From IMG/VR virus record IMGVR_UViG_3300030463_000010: a stretch of 53,565 bases of DNA; one strand, written 5' to 3'. Under the pieces are notes generated by a model. It saw only the letters and a program-made list of their open reading frames with translations, did not search any database and was not told the origin of the DNA. The DNA is from a virus. Every line of letters begins with the position of its first letter. Position 1 is the stretch's first letter. The position numbers and the translations under genes were made by a program. Shown here in pieces: positions 5,342 through 13,924 of the stretch.

Positions 5342-6808
5342 GTGACGGAAAACGATACTGTTCGGGCTATATCCGAGTGGCCGGTCAATGGGCTGACTGG
5401 GCGTAGAAAAATTTACACCGCCAAAAAGCGAGTCACCCCGGAAAATGTGGTGGATGTGCTGGGAAAGGCTCTGGCTGTGCATCGAATTAACAGGGCAGAA
5501 ATGTCCTATTTGTATGACTATTACAGAGGCAAGCAGGACATCCGCCTGAAAGACAAAATCGTTCGACCGGAGATCAACAACAAGGTGATGATTAACCGGG
5601 CGAACGAAATCGTGGTATTCAAGTCTGCTTACCTTCTGGATGGCCCAATCCGTTATGTGTCCAACGGCGGAGAAGATGATATTTCTTCTAATGTGAATAC
5701 ATTGAATGAATATATGCGAGCCGAGAGCAAAGACACTCTCGACAAAGAGCTGGCCGACTGGATGCACATCTGCGGTGTTGCGGTCCGCATGGTCCTCACT
5801 GACGAAGTCGGAGAGGAAGACGGGTCCCCGGCATCCATATATACCCTTGACCCAAGAGCGGCGTTCTGCATCTACCATAGTGGTGTGGGGCAGAAAAAGG
5901 TCGCCGGGGTGCTGGAACAGGTGGACGAGGAGGGACAGCCCTACTTCTGTGTGTACACCCCTGAATGGTATTTCGAGGTGCAGAACGGCCAGATCACAAA
6001 GCAGGAAGCCCGTACAATTCCATATATTCCGATTGTTGAGTATGTGAACAACGATGCCCGCATGGGTGCGTTTGAGCCGGTCATCCCCATCCTGAACGCA
6101 ATCAACATGATTGAGTCAAATAGATTGGACAGCATTCAGGATTTCGTCAACGCTTTTGATGTGTTCCAAAACTGCGAGCTAGAGGACGGCCAATATAAGG
6201 AACTGGCAAAGGGCGGAATGGCAATTACGATCAAGAGCGTTCAGCCCGGCATGGAGGCTAAGGTCTACCGCATTGCCTCTGAGCTGAACCAGACCAACAC
6301 ACAGACCATTGTGGACGACCTAGAGGACGCATACCTGACCATCTGCGGGATGCCGAACCGGAACGGTGGTTCATCCACCAGCGATACCGGACAGGCGGTC
6401 ATTTACCGAGACGGCTGGTCCGCCGCTGAGAGCCGGGCCAAGGACACGGAAAAGACATGGGAACGGTCGGAGCGGGAGTTCCTGCGGCTGGTGCTGTATA
6501 TCTGCCGGGAGACTGGCGATTTAGGCTTGCAGCTATCCGACATTAAGCCGGAGTTCACTCGGAAGAACCTGTCCAACATCCAGTCCAAGGCGCAAGTGCT
6601 GGCGGAAATGCTGAATAACAGCAAGATTCACCCGAAGCTGGCGTTCCAGTACAGCGGGCTATTTAGCGACCCAGAGGACGCATACAGGATCAGTATGGAA
6701 TATGCAGAAGAACAGCAACGCAAGATGGAGCGGAGTTTGAGAGATGAACTGGCGGTGGAACGGGCCAACGGGAATAATCCGCAGGACGGCGGCGGTGATG
6801 CTGAATGA
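5342..6808 (+). CDS. portal protein (SPP1 gp6-like)
   Basis: 488 aa. GTG start with GGAGGTGA RBS. Size, position and sequence are typical of SPP1-type portals. Confidence 0.85.
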   Translation: MTENDTVRAISEWPVNGLTGRRKIYTAKKRVTPENVVDVLGKALAVHRINRAEMSYLYDYYRGKQDIRLKDKIVRPEINNKVMINRANEIVVFKSAYLLDGPIRYVSNGGEDDISSNVNTLNEYMRAESKDTLDKELADWMHICGVAVRMVLTDEVGEEDGSPASIYTLDPRAAFCIYHSGVGQKKVAGVLEQVDEEGQPYFCVYTPEWYFEVQNGQITKQEARTIPYIPIVEYVNNDARMGAFEPVIPILNAINMIESNRLDSIQDFVNAFDVFQNCELEDGQYKELAKGGMAITIKSVQPGMEAKVYRIASELNQTNTQTIVDDLEDAYLTICGMPNRNGGSSTSDTGQAVIYRDGWSAAESRAKDTEKTWERSEREFLRLVLYICRETGDLGLQLSDIKPEFTRKNLSNIQSKAQVLAEMLNNSKIHPKLAFQYSGLFSDPEDAYRISMEYAEEQQRKMERSLRDELAVERANGNNPQDGGGDAE

Positions 6809-7410
6809 GCGGGTTTTATGACCTAACCGACAAAGCCATCGACCTTTTGAACAGGAGGGCGGTCAAGCGGTTTGAGGATGCCAAAGATGAAGCGGCAAGA
6901 CATGGCTTCGATGAACTCAATGTTCTGGAAGTCACCCGGACACTGTATGACCAGTTGCGTAAGGACAACCAAGATGTCTTTCTTGAACTGGCGCAAGAGC
7001 GGTATCAGGAGGCCGAACCGCACGGAGAGAAACCGCCTGATTTAGTGTGGCTGCTGGCTCTGCTGGCGGCGTACAACGCTGTTACGAAAGTCATTTATGA
7101 CAACGATGTTGACCGCAAGAGGCAGTACACCGCTGAGGGCATCAATTCCAGCACGGCCAAGGTGACAGAGTTCCGGCGGGGGCTACATTACTGGGCTGAT
7201 TTGACGGCTACATACGGGGATATCGTGACCGATGAATCAACTCTGAAAGCCTATCGAGATGCCGGGGTAAAAAAGGTCAAGTGGCACACTGTACTGGATG
7301 GGAAAGAATGCGAAACCTGCAAGGAGCGGGACGGAAAGATATATCCGATTAACGCCGTTCCACCAAAGACGCATAAGAGGTGCAGGTGTTGGCTGGAGGC
7401 CGTGAAATAG
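6805..7410 (+). CDS. minor head / head morphogenesis protein (Mu F / SPP1 gp7-like)
   Basis: 201 aa. ATGA overlap with portal. VKWHTVLDGKECETCKERDGKIYPI...CRCW motif. Confidence 0.8.
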   Translation: MSGFYDLTDKAIDLLNRRAVKRFEDAKDEAARHGFDELNVLEVTRTLYDQLRKDNQDVFLELAQERYQEAEPHGEKPPDLVWLLALLAAYNAVTKVIYDNDVDRKRQYTAEGINSSTAKVTEFRRGLHYWADLTATYGDIVTDESTLKAYRDAGVKKVKWHTVLDGKECETCKERDGKIYPINAVPPKTHKRCRCWLEAVK

Positions 7411-7419
7411 GAGGGAAAT

Positions 7420-7662
7420 ATGGCGAGCCTTGATGGAACTTTGACAATTACAAACTCAGAATATCGGCCTTGCGTTGTGGATGGGAAAAAGGCAATGTTT
7501 CACAGATGGGAAAGCCTTTTAGAGCATGAAATAAAACAAACAGCTGCAATTATAGAATACGAAGACGGAACCGTAGATGAAGTTCTTCCATATAAAATCA
7601 GATTTCTTGATAGCAAAGGTTTATTTGCCCAATACCCATTTGAAAATTCAAACGGAGAATAA
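7420..7662 (+). CDS. hypothetical protein (80 aa)
   Basis: ATG with GGAGGGAAA RBS, co-oriented in the head module. Confidence 0.6.
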   Translation: MASLDGTLTITNSEYRPCVVDGKKAMFHRWESLLEHEIKQTAAIIEYEDGTVDEVLPYKIRFLDSKGLFAQYPFENSNGE

Positions 7663-7710
7663 CCGTTGAATATGGCCCCAGAGAAGGGGCGGTATAAATC
7701 TCCCAACAGC

Positions 7711-7766
7711 GAGAGAACGCTTAATAACCCAAAAACATAGTGAGAGAACACTTACAAAACCCAAAA
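7711..7766 (+). repeat. imperfect 25-nt direct repeat (period 31 bp) in the scaffold-gene leader
   Basis: GAGAGAACGCTTAATAACCCAAAA (7711-7735) and GAGAGAACACTTACAAAACCCAAAA (7742-7766). Confidence 0.8.
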
Positions 7767-7777
7767 GGAGAATTTAC

Positions 7778-8347
7778 ATGAAGATTTCCACCGACAGCAT
7801 CCAGGGGTTCGCTGAAATGAGCGATGCCGACAAGGTTACTGCCCTGCTGGGGCTTGATGTGCCTGACCCAGTAGACTTGAACGGCTATGTGAAGAAAGAA
7901 GTTTTCGATGCCAAGGCTACCGAGGCGGCCAACCTGTCCAAGCAGCTCAAATCCAAGATGACCGATGACGAGGCTGCAAAGGCGCAGGCTGACGCGGACC
8001 GCAAGGCGCTGGAGGAAAAGTACACTGAACTGCTGCGCAAGTCCACAATCGCCGAGCATACCGCCCGTTATATTGCCATGCCGGGTTATGACGAGAAGTT
8101 GGCCCGTGAGACAGCAGAGGCGTTGTTTGACGGCGATATGGAGCGGGTCTTTGCCAACCAGCAGAAGGCCAACGCCGCATATGAGAAGAAGCTGCGGGCT
8201 GATCTGGTAAAGCAAGACCCAAAGCCTGCTGGTGCTGGTGGTGGGAACGAGGAGAAAGACGAGGCCGTGGAGTTTGCCAAGAAGCTGGGCAAACAGCGAG
8301 CCGACGCCCTCAAAAATGCAAACGAAGGTTTGAAACACTACTTTTGA
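7778..8347 (+). CDS. capsid scaffolding protein
   Basis: 189 aa, charged and alpha-helical (KQLKSKMTDDEAAKAQADADRKALEEKYTELL). Position immediately before the decoration and capsid genes. Confidence 0.7.
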   Translation: MKISTDSIQGFAEMSDADKVTALLGLDVPDPVDLNGYVKKEVFDAKATEAANLSKQLKSKMTDDEAAKAQADADRKALEEKYTELLRKSTIAEHTARYIAMPGYDEKLARETAEALFDGDMERVFANQQKANAAYEKKLRADLVKQDPKPAGAGGGNEEKDEAVEFAKKLGKQRADALKNANEGLKHYF

Positions 8348-8366
8348 TTGAAAAGGAGAAAAACAG

Positions 8367-8699
8367 ATGAAGTTTACCAAGACTTCTGTTGGTGGCACCG
8401 TTGAAATTCTGGCCGCTGACGATTTTGTGGCGATCCCCATTTGTGTCACGGAAGCCGCTGCTGTCCCTGCCGGTATGCCCATGACCGCTGCGGGCAAAAA
8501 AGTAGCGACCACCTCTTATGCTACCGCTGTTGGTATGCTGCTGTATGATGTGGACCCGACCAAGAACCCCAATGGCGCTTTGTTGGTGCAAGGGGTGGTG
8601 GACAAAAAGAAGGTTGAGTCTCACGCAAGCATTACGCTGGACGATACTTTTGCTGTGCCAGGAATTATCCTGCGTGACAACATTGGCGTGAACGAGTAA
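8367..8699 (+). CDS. head decoration protein (gpD/DUF2190-like), putative
   Basis: 110 aa. AVGMLLYDVDPTKNPNGALLVQGVV pattern. Directly upstream of a gpE-like major capsid gene. Confidence 0.55.
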   Translation: MKFTKTSVGGTVEILAADDFVAIPICVTEAAAVPAGMPMTAAGKKVATTSYATAVGMLLYDVDPTKNPNGALLVQGVVDKKKVESHASITLDDTFAVPGIILRDNIGVNE

Positions 8700-8712
8700 G
8701 GAGGCGTACATA

Positions 8713-9783
8713 ATGGATTTGAGAGAAGTTTTTACCCCTGCTGCGATTGCGGCCAACTGGACTGAAGTTGCCTCCAATCAGATTCCTTACCTGGGTGCTA
8801 CCCTGTTCCCTGCCCGCAAGAAGGCCGGTCTCGACTTATCCTGGCTAAAAGGTTCCCGTGGTCTGCCTGTGTCCCTGATGCCCTCCGCTTTTGATGCAAA
8901 GGCAACCTTCCGGGACCGCATTGGGTTTGAAAAGTTGGAAACCGAAATGCCGTTTTTCCGGGAGGGTTACAAAATCAAGGAGAAGGACCGGCAGGAGATG
9001 CTTCGCGTGCAGGAGTCCAGCGACCCCTATGCCGCCGAGGTAATCGCCCGCGTGTTCGATGACACCCGTGATCTGATCGACGGTGCGAATGTTGTTCCTG
9101 AGCGGATGATCATGCAACTGCTTTTCCCTGAGAGCGGCAATGTGGGCATTGCGATTAAAGCAAACGGGATGAACTACACCTACAATTATGATACGGACGG
9201 TTCCTGGAAGACCTCTAACTACACCGCACTGACTAATACAGCCACTTGGGACAAGCCCTCTACGGCTGACCCCTTTGCAGCGTTCAAGACGGTTAAGGAC
9301 GCTATCCGATCCAAGACTGGTACTGAGCTGACGGTTGCTATTATGAATTCCTACACCTTCAATCTGCTGGCCAAGACGGATGCAGTGAAGAACCGTTACC
9401 TGACTACCAACGGCTTGTCTCTGGGCTACCTGACTGATACTGAGGTAAAGGCGATTGTGGAGTCTACTTCCGGCCTGCGTATTGCCATTTACGACAAGCA
9501 GTATCGGGATGAGAGCAAAGTTGCACATCCGTTTGTGCCCAATGGCTATGTGTGTCTGATTCCTGACGGTGCGCTCGGTGGCACATGGTATGGCACTACG
9601 CCCGAGGAGGCTGATCTGCGCGGAGCTTCCAGCGCAGAGGTTTCCATCGTGAATACAGGTGTTGCGATTACCCGTATTCTCCAGGAGCATCCCGTGAACA
9701 TCAACACCTTTGCGTCTGAAATCGTCCTGCCCTCCTTCGAGCGCATGGACGAGGTGGCTGTGCTCAACGTCCTGGGGGAATAA
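8713..9783 (+). CDS. major capsid protein (lambda gpE-like family)
   Basis: 356 aa. N-terminus MDLREVFTPAAIAANW...YLGATLFPARKK..LDLSWLKG is typical of the family. Confidence 0.85.
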   Translation: MDLREVFTPAAIAANWTEVASNQIPYLGATLFPARKKAGLDLSWLKGSRGLPVSLMPSAFDAKATFRDRIGFEKLETEMPFFREGYKIKEKDRQEMLRVQESSDPYAAEVIARVFDDTRDLIDGANVVPERMIMQLLFPESGNVGIAIKANGMNYTYNYDTDGSWKTSNYTALTNTATWDKPSTADPFAAFKTVKDAIRSKTGTELTVAIMNSYTFNLLAKTDAVKNRYLTTNGLSLGYLTDTEVKAIVESTSGLRIAIYDKQYRDESKVAHPFVPNGYVCLIPDGALGGTWYGTTPEEADLRGASSAEVSIVNTGVAITRILQEHPVNINTFASEIVLPSFERMDEVAVLNVLGE

Positions 9784-9785
9784 TT

Positions 9786-9825
9786 GGGTCTGACACCTTA
9801 ACGCTTTTCCCCGCGAGTCAGACCC
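9786..9825 (+). other. 9-bp stem hairpin after the capsid gene (no U tract): possible mRNA-stabilising or attenuating structure
   Basis: GGGTCTGAC (9786-9794) pairs with GTCAGACCC (9817-9825). Confidence 0.5.
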
Positions 9826-9866
9826 TATTGGGGAAACAAGTGTCCGAACTGGTAGGCGATGATTTG

Positions 9867-10151
9867 ATGGTCAAGGCGGATGGTTCCGTTACTGGTACAT
9901 TTCATCATGTGACAGGATATACCGAGTTCAGTTCCGAGCCGGACGAACAGGAAGGTTATTACTTTCCCTTCCACCTGACTAAGACTGGGAGCAAAATGAC
10001 CTTCAAGAAAAACGGCTCTCCTACCAAGCAGAACATTGCATTTGACCCGGACATTATTTTCCGGGTAACCAAGAACGATACTTTTGAAGTCTTGGTAGAC
10101 AACCAGAGCGTTGTGACGTTTAACTTCTCTGGAGCTACATTTGAAGGTTAA
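9867..10151 (+). CDS. hypothetical head-associated protein (start uncertain; the TTG at 9828 lies inside or just after the hairpin)
   Basis: 94 aa from the ATG at 9867. Beta-rich sequence with a weak RBS. Confidence 0.5.
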   Translation: MVKADGSVTGTFHHVTGYTEFSSEPDEQEGYYFPFHLTKTGSKMTFKKNGSPTKQNIAFDPDIIFRVTKNDTFEVLVDNQSVVTFNFSGATFEG

Positions 10152-10168
10152 GAAAAGCGGGAGGCAGC

Positions 10169-10384
10169 ATGAAGTTTATTCCAAATTACCGCGTGTGCTA
10201 TGGAGGACGGTTTTATGAAGCTGGAAATCCATTCTCTATCAAAGCCGAAGACGCGGATATGATGAAACGGCACGGGGCGGTGTTGGATGAACCGACGCCA
10301 CCTCCCGCCGCACCGAAAAAGCCAGGAAGACCGAGGAGGGCGGACAATGGACAATCTGGCGAGGCTGAAGCTCAGAACGAATGA
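10169..10384 (+). CDS. hypothetical protein (71 aa)
   Basis: ATG with GGGAGG RBS. Pro/Arg-rich C-terminus. Confidence 0.55.
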   Translation: MKFIPNYRVCYGGRFYEAGNPFSIKAEDADMMKRHGAVLDEPTPPPAAPKKPGRPRRADNGQSGEAEAQNE

Positions 10385-10652
10385 GCCAGACGAGGCCATT
10401 TTACGGGATTGCCTTGAAAGCGCGAAGGCGGCAATTATGGCAAGACGCTATCCATTTCAAGAATGGCCCTATGAGTTAGAGCGTAGATATCTGGATTTGC
10501 AGTTCAGGTGTGCGATGGACATCTACGCGAAAATCGGCGCAGAAGGAGAAATTTCCCACAACGAAAATGGCGTAAACCGTGGATATGAGTCCTCTTGGAT
10601 TTCTGAATCGCTCTTGCAGGAAGTGACGCCGCTGGCCGGGAGGGTGACGTGA
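10347..10652 (+). CDS. head-tail connector (gp6-like DNA-packaging/adaptor protein)
   Basis: 101 aa from the ATG at 10347 (GAGGAGGG RBS). MDNLARLKLRTNEPDEAILRDCLESAKAAIMARRY pattern. Confidence 0.65.
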   Translation: MDNLARLKLRTNEPDEAILRDCLESAKAAIMARRYPFQEWPYELERRYLDLQFRCAMDIYAKIGAEGEISHNENGVNRGYESSWISESLLQEVTPLAGRVT

Positions 10653-11152
10653 TGCGCAGCCTACTCCGAAATCAACAGCCGGTTTTTTACAAGCTGTATG
10701 AGGGCCAAGAGGAAATCATTGATGAATATGGGAATCCGACCGGAAGCTATCTCCCAATTTACAGCTCATTGAAATCCGCTATGCTCTGCGTCTCCCCTAA
10801 CAAAGGAAACTCTGAAGTGGAACAGTTTGGCTCTCTGGAAGATTATGACCGGACGGCAACCACTGCAGACACGACCTGCCAAATTGACGAGGATTCCGTT
10901 TTGTGGGTAGACGGTGCTGACACCAGCGGCCCATATAACTACATTGTGAAGCGGAAAGCTCCATGGAAGAATAGTGTCCAGTACGCTATCAAACGAGTCA
11001 AGGTCTCCGAGTACGAAGCGGAACAAAAACTGTTTGCTAGAAAGGCAGAAATTGAGGCGGCGATGCAAAGTGCCAAAAATCAAACTGAAGCTGAACATGG
11101 ACTCGATCAACCAAGCGTTGAAGGAAGTCAAGGCGTACCAGAAGAAGGTTAA
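10649..11152 (+). CDS. head-tail joining protein, putative
   Basis: 167 aa. GTGA/ATGA-type overlap with the upstream gene. Call rests on position. Confidence 0.5.
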   Translation: MMRSLLRNQQPVFYKLYEGQEEIIDEYGNPTGSYLPIYSSLKSAMLCVSPNKGNSEVEQFGSLEDYDRTATTADTTCQIDEDSVLWVDGADTSGPYNYIVKRKAPWKNSVQYAIKRVKVSEYEAEQKLFARKAEIEAAMQSAKNQTEAEHGLDQPSVEGSQGVPEEG

Positions 11153-11552
11153 AAAAGCCGCTGACGATTTAACGCGAAAGCTGACCGAACAGGGAGTATC
11201 TTTAGCCCAACTCAATGCATCCTATATGAATATCTACGACACTGGAGAACTGATGCGTGGCATTGAAAGCCAGTACAAAGGAAAGGTTGGATTTGTAGTT
11301 TCCACAGCAACACACTCCATCTTCTGTGAGTTCGGAACTGGCATCGTAGGGGCACGGAATCCACATCCAGAGGTAGCGATTGCCGGATGGAGATACGATG
11401 TGAATGAGCATGGGGAACTAGGCTGGTGGTACATTGGAAGAGACGGAAAAGCTCACTGGACAAAGGGTATGCCGAGCCGACCGTATATGTATGATACCGC
11501 TAAAATGCTGCGGGACATGGTGGTGCCGCTAGCAAAGGAGGTCATGCGTTGA
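11097..11552 (+). CDS. HK97 gp10-like tail-attachment protein
   Basis: 151 aa from the ATG at 11097. MDSINQALKEVKAYQKKVKKAADDLTRKL...FCEFGTG motif. Confidence 0.6.
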   Translation: MDSINQALKEVKAYQKKVKKAADDLTRKLTEQGVSLAQLNASYMNIYDTGELMRGIESQYKGKVGFVVSTATHSIFCEFGTGIVGARNPHPEVAIAGWRYDVNEHGELGWWYIGRDGKAHWTKGMPSRPYMYDTAKMLRDMVVPLAKEVMR

Positions 11553-11956
11553 TAGACATTGAATCGTTCCTTTTCAGCCGAATTGCAGGAGTGCTTCGAG
11601 CCTCCTATGAAGGGATTTTTGTGTCGGGTGAATATGTAGATAGCCCTGCGAAATTCCCAGCTGTCACCATCGTTGAAAGCGACAACAGTGTGCTTCAAAA
11701 AATGAGAACGGCAGCGCCAAATCTGGAAAACGCCGTATCGCTGATGTATGAAGTAAACATTTATACAAATACCGAGGGATTTAAAAAATCCGAGGCGAAG
11801 GATATCTTGGAAACGGTAGACAGCGAATTTTCCAAGCTGGGTTTTACCCGGACTATGAGTAATCCAATATCTAATTTGCAGGACGCCAAAATTTTCCGCA
11901 TTGTTGTCCGGTATGAGGGCGTAGCGGACAAGGATTTTAGAATCTACACAAATTAA
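11549..11956 (+). CDS. tail completion/terminator protein, putative
   Basis: 135 aa. TTG start with AAAGGAGG RBS. Position before the major tail gene. Confidence 0.5.
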   Translation: MIDIESFLFSRIAGVLRASYEGIFVSGEYVDSPAKFPAVTIVESDNSVLQKMRTAAPNLENAVSLMYEVNIYTNTEGFKKSEAKDILETVDSEFSKLGFTRTMSNPISNLQDAKIFRIVVRYEGVADKDFRIYTN

Positions 11957-11966
11957 AAGGGCTGAC

Positions 11967-11993
11967 AGTGCCAAGTGCCTCGTGCCAAGTGCC
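11967..11993 (+). repeat. AGTGCC heptad array, site 2: AGTGCCAAGTGCC-TC-GTGCCAAGTGCC
   Basis: Read directly. Ends 31 nt upstream of the major tail ATG, followed by the hairpin CCTAAAA-C-TTTTAGG that includes the RBS. Confidence 0.85.
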
Positions 11994-12023
11994 TCCCTAA
12001 AAACTTTTAGGAGGTACTATTTT

Positions 12024-12518
12024 ATGGCAGGAATCCAACTTAGCACAGCGGGCGTTACTCTCTGGTATGCTGCAGAAGCTACCGCTGGAACGCGCCCTAC
12101 AACGGGATATGAAAAGATTTCCGAGATCAAGAGCATTCCGGAGCTGAACCCGGAACCCGACAACTTAGAGACCACCACGCTGGAAGAGACGGAGTGGAAA
12201 ACCTATATCCCCGGTTTGAAGGACATCGGCGGTGCGCTTTCCTTTACCGCGAACCTGACCGAAGTTTCTATGACTGAGTGGGAGGGCGTTGTGGATGCTT
12301 ACGACACAGCAGCAGCGGACAATAAAGCCACCTGGTTTTGCATCGTAATTCCCGGCCTAACAAAGGCGCTATATTTTACCGGGCAGCCCTCTCCGATGGG
12401 TATGCCGGCCATGGAGGTCTCCGCTGTTCTGGAGACGACTCTTTACATCACCCCGACCGGAGCTCCCCAGTGGGCAGCCAAGCCTACTGATCTGGAAAGC
12501 ATGAGTCTTGATGTTTAA
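12024..12518 (+). CDS. major tail (tube) protein
   Basis: 164 aa from the ATG at 12024 (AGGAGG RBS). The track start at 11982 lies inside the repeat array. Sequence is typical of siphovirus tube proteins. Confidence 0.8.
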   Translation: MAGIQLSTAGVTLWYAAEATAGTRPTTGYEKISEIKSIPELNPEPDNLETTTLEETEWKTYIPGLKDIGGALSFTANLTEVSMTEWEGVVDAYDTAAADNKATWFCIVIPGLTKALYFTGQPSPMGMPAMEVSAVLETTLYITPTGAPQWAAKPTDLESMSLDV

Positions 12519-12534
12519 TAGGAGGCTATAACAT

Positions 12535-12906
12535 ATGAGCGATAATATCATCAATATTCAGGACCGGGTGCAGCCTGTTCGTGTCAATGACAACAAAACT
12601 GGCATGGCGTATGAGCTGGACTTTAGCAGAGAAAGCGTTAAGTTTGCAGAGAATCGAGGCTTTAAGGTAGACGAGCTGACAGTGTTCCCGGTGACTAGAA
12701 TCCCGGAGCTGTTCTACTATGCTTTCCGAAAAAATCACAAGAATGTAGCTCGGTCTCAGACTGATGCCCTGCTGGATGGTATGGGCGGCATGACGAGCGC
12801 ATTTCTGGAGCGGTTGATGCAGCTTTATAATCAGGCTGCGCTTACTCACTTGATCTCTACTGACGAGGACTCCGCAAAAAACGCGGAGGTGACTGTGGAG
12901 CTATAA
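12535..12906 (+). CDS. tail assembly chaperone (gpG-like, short product)
   Basis: 123 aa. Position between the tube and tape-measure modules. Contains a slippery heptamer near its 3' end. Confidence 0.75.
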   Translation: MSDNIINIQDRVQPVRVNDNKTGMAYELDFSRESVKFAENRGFKVDELTVFPVTRIPELFYYAFRKNHKNVARSQTDALLDGMGGMTSAFLERLMQLYNQAALTHLISTDEDSAKNAEVTVEL

Positions 12907-13340
12907 AAGGCCCACAGTCGTACACAGAACTTTTTGAGGCGGATTGCCCCTACTATCTGTCCATCGGCATGACCTGGGAACAGTATTGGTATGGCGATGT
13001 ATGGATGGTAGAGGCGGCCCGCAAGGCAAATAAACTCTGGATGCAGCGTGAAAATTCAAAGGCACATCTGCTTGGGATGTACATTTATGAAGCGTTGTGC
13101 GATGTGTCTCCTGTGCTGCAAGCATTTGCGAAAAAGGGGACAAAGCCAATTCCGTATCGGACAAGGCCATACGACATAGGAAATGAATCAAAGCCGCAAG
13201 CCGAGAAAGATCAAGAGGCCGAGAATGAAAGATTAAAAGCACAACTATTTTTCAGGAACTGGGCGCGAGCAACAAAGAAGCACTTTCAAGCATCCAAGTC
13301 CGGAAATAATAAGACGGCACCCGAAACAGGCACCGTCTGA
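12535..13340 (+). CDS. tail assembly chaperone, frameshifted long product (gpGT-like; join 12535..12882, 12882..13340)
   Basis: The -1 frame upstream of the annotated ATG (12969) reads ...YTELFEADCPYYLSIGMTWEQYWYGD. It is protein-like and has no RBS of its own. Confidence 0.65.
12876..12882 (+). promoter_or_regulatory. -1 programmed ribosomal frameshift slippery site A-AAA-AAC
   Basis: In the zero frame the codons are GCA AAA AAC. The -1 frame is open from 12864 through 13340. Confidence 0.7.
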
Positions 13341-13348
13341 GGCATTCA

Positions 13349-13750
13349 TTACTGAGCTTTTTTCAATTCTTCAATTTGCCGGGTATGTATAGCCACCGTC
13401 TTTTCAAGATCATCCACGCGATCTTCCTTGACACTCCCCACAGCTAAAGCAAGGGGTTTTACGCCACACATAATAATGTCCATAGCTTCTTGCGGGATCA
13501 ACTTCTTTTCAATATCGTCAAGGCGTTCTGAAAGAGCTTGGAATTTGGGGTCAAAGTAAGATTCCATCATGACCATCATGCGCCGTTCGGATTCTCTAAC
13601 CTTAGAATCCATGGTGGTTATCATGCGTTGTTCGGAGTCTTTGATTTTAGAATCCACGACAACGCCGACCTCGCTGATAATATCTTCCTTTTGCTGAGAC
13701 ATCAATCTTGCAAGCATTTCAATGTCCTGTTCATCTAACATCCCGCTCAC
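13349..13750 (-). CDS. coiled-coil hypothetical protein (133 aa), moron
   Basis: Opposite strand inside the tail module. Internal repeat DSKIKDSEQRM / DSKVRESERRM. Consensus promoter upstream. Confidence 0.7.
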   Translation of the reverse strand: MSGMLDEQDIEMLARLMSQQKEDIISEVGVVVDSKIKDSEQRMITTMDSKVRESERRMMVMMESYFDPKFQALSERLDDIEKKLIPQEAMDIIMCGVKPLALAVGSVKEDRVDDLEKTVAIHTRQIEELKKAQ

Positions 13751-13762
13751 CTCTTGGTAGCT

Positions 13763-13791
13763 ATTATACGGGATGACCGGATAGCTGTCAA
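13763..13791 (-). promoter_or_regulatory. perfect consensus sigma70 promoter TTGACA-17-TATAAT
   Basis: -35 at 13791..13786 and -10 at 13768..13763 on the minus strand. Confidence 0.7.
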
Positions 13792-13924
13792 GAAACTGTA
13801 CCTTGAAAACTTAATAGAGATAGCGGAGATTTTGATTGAAAATCTACCATTTGAGAGGTTACGCATGGCGGGATATACCCCCGCCGCCTCTCAAAGATAA
13901 ACTAAAAGTAGATTCAAAAATCAT

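Noticed and set aside
7721-9690. Minus-strand ORFs of 263 aa (7721-8512), 155 aa (8310-8777) and 281 aa (8845-9690) in the head module, and 221 aa at 24788-25453 in the fibre module
   Set aside because: They are antisense shadows of the scaffold, decoration, capsid and fibre genes. The same argument applies to the other overlapping ORFs in the track.
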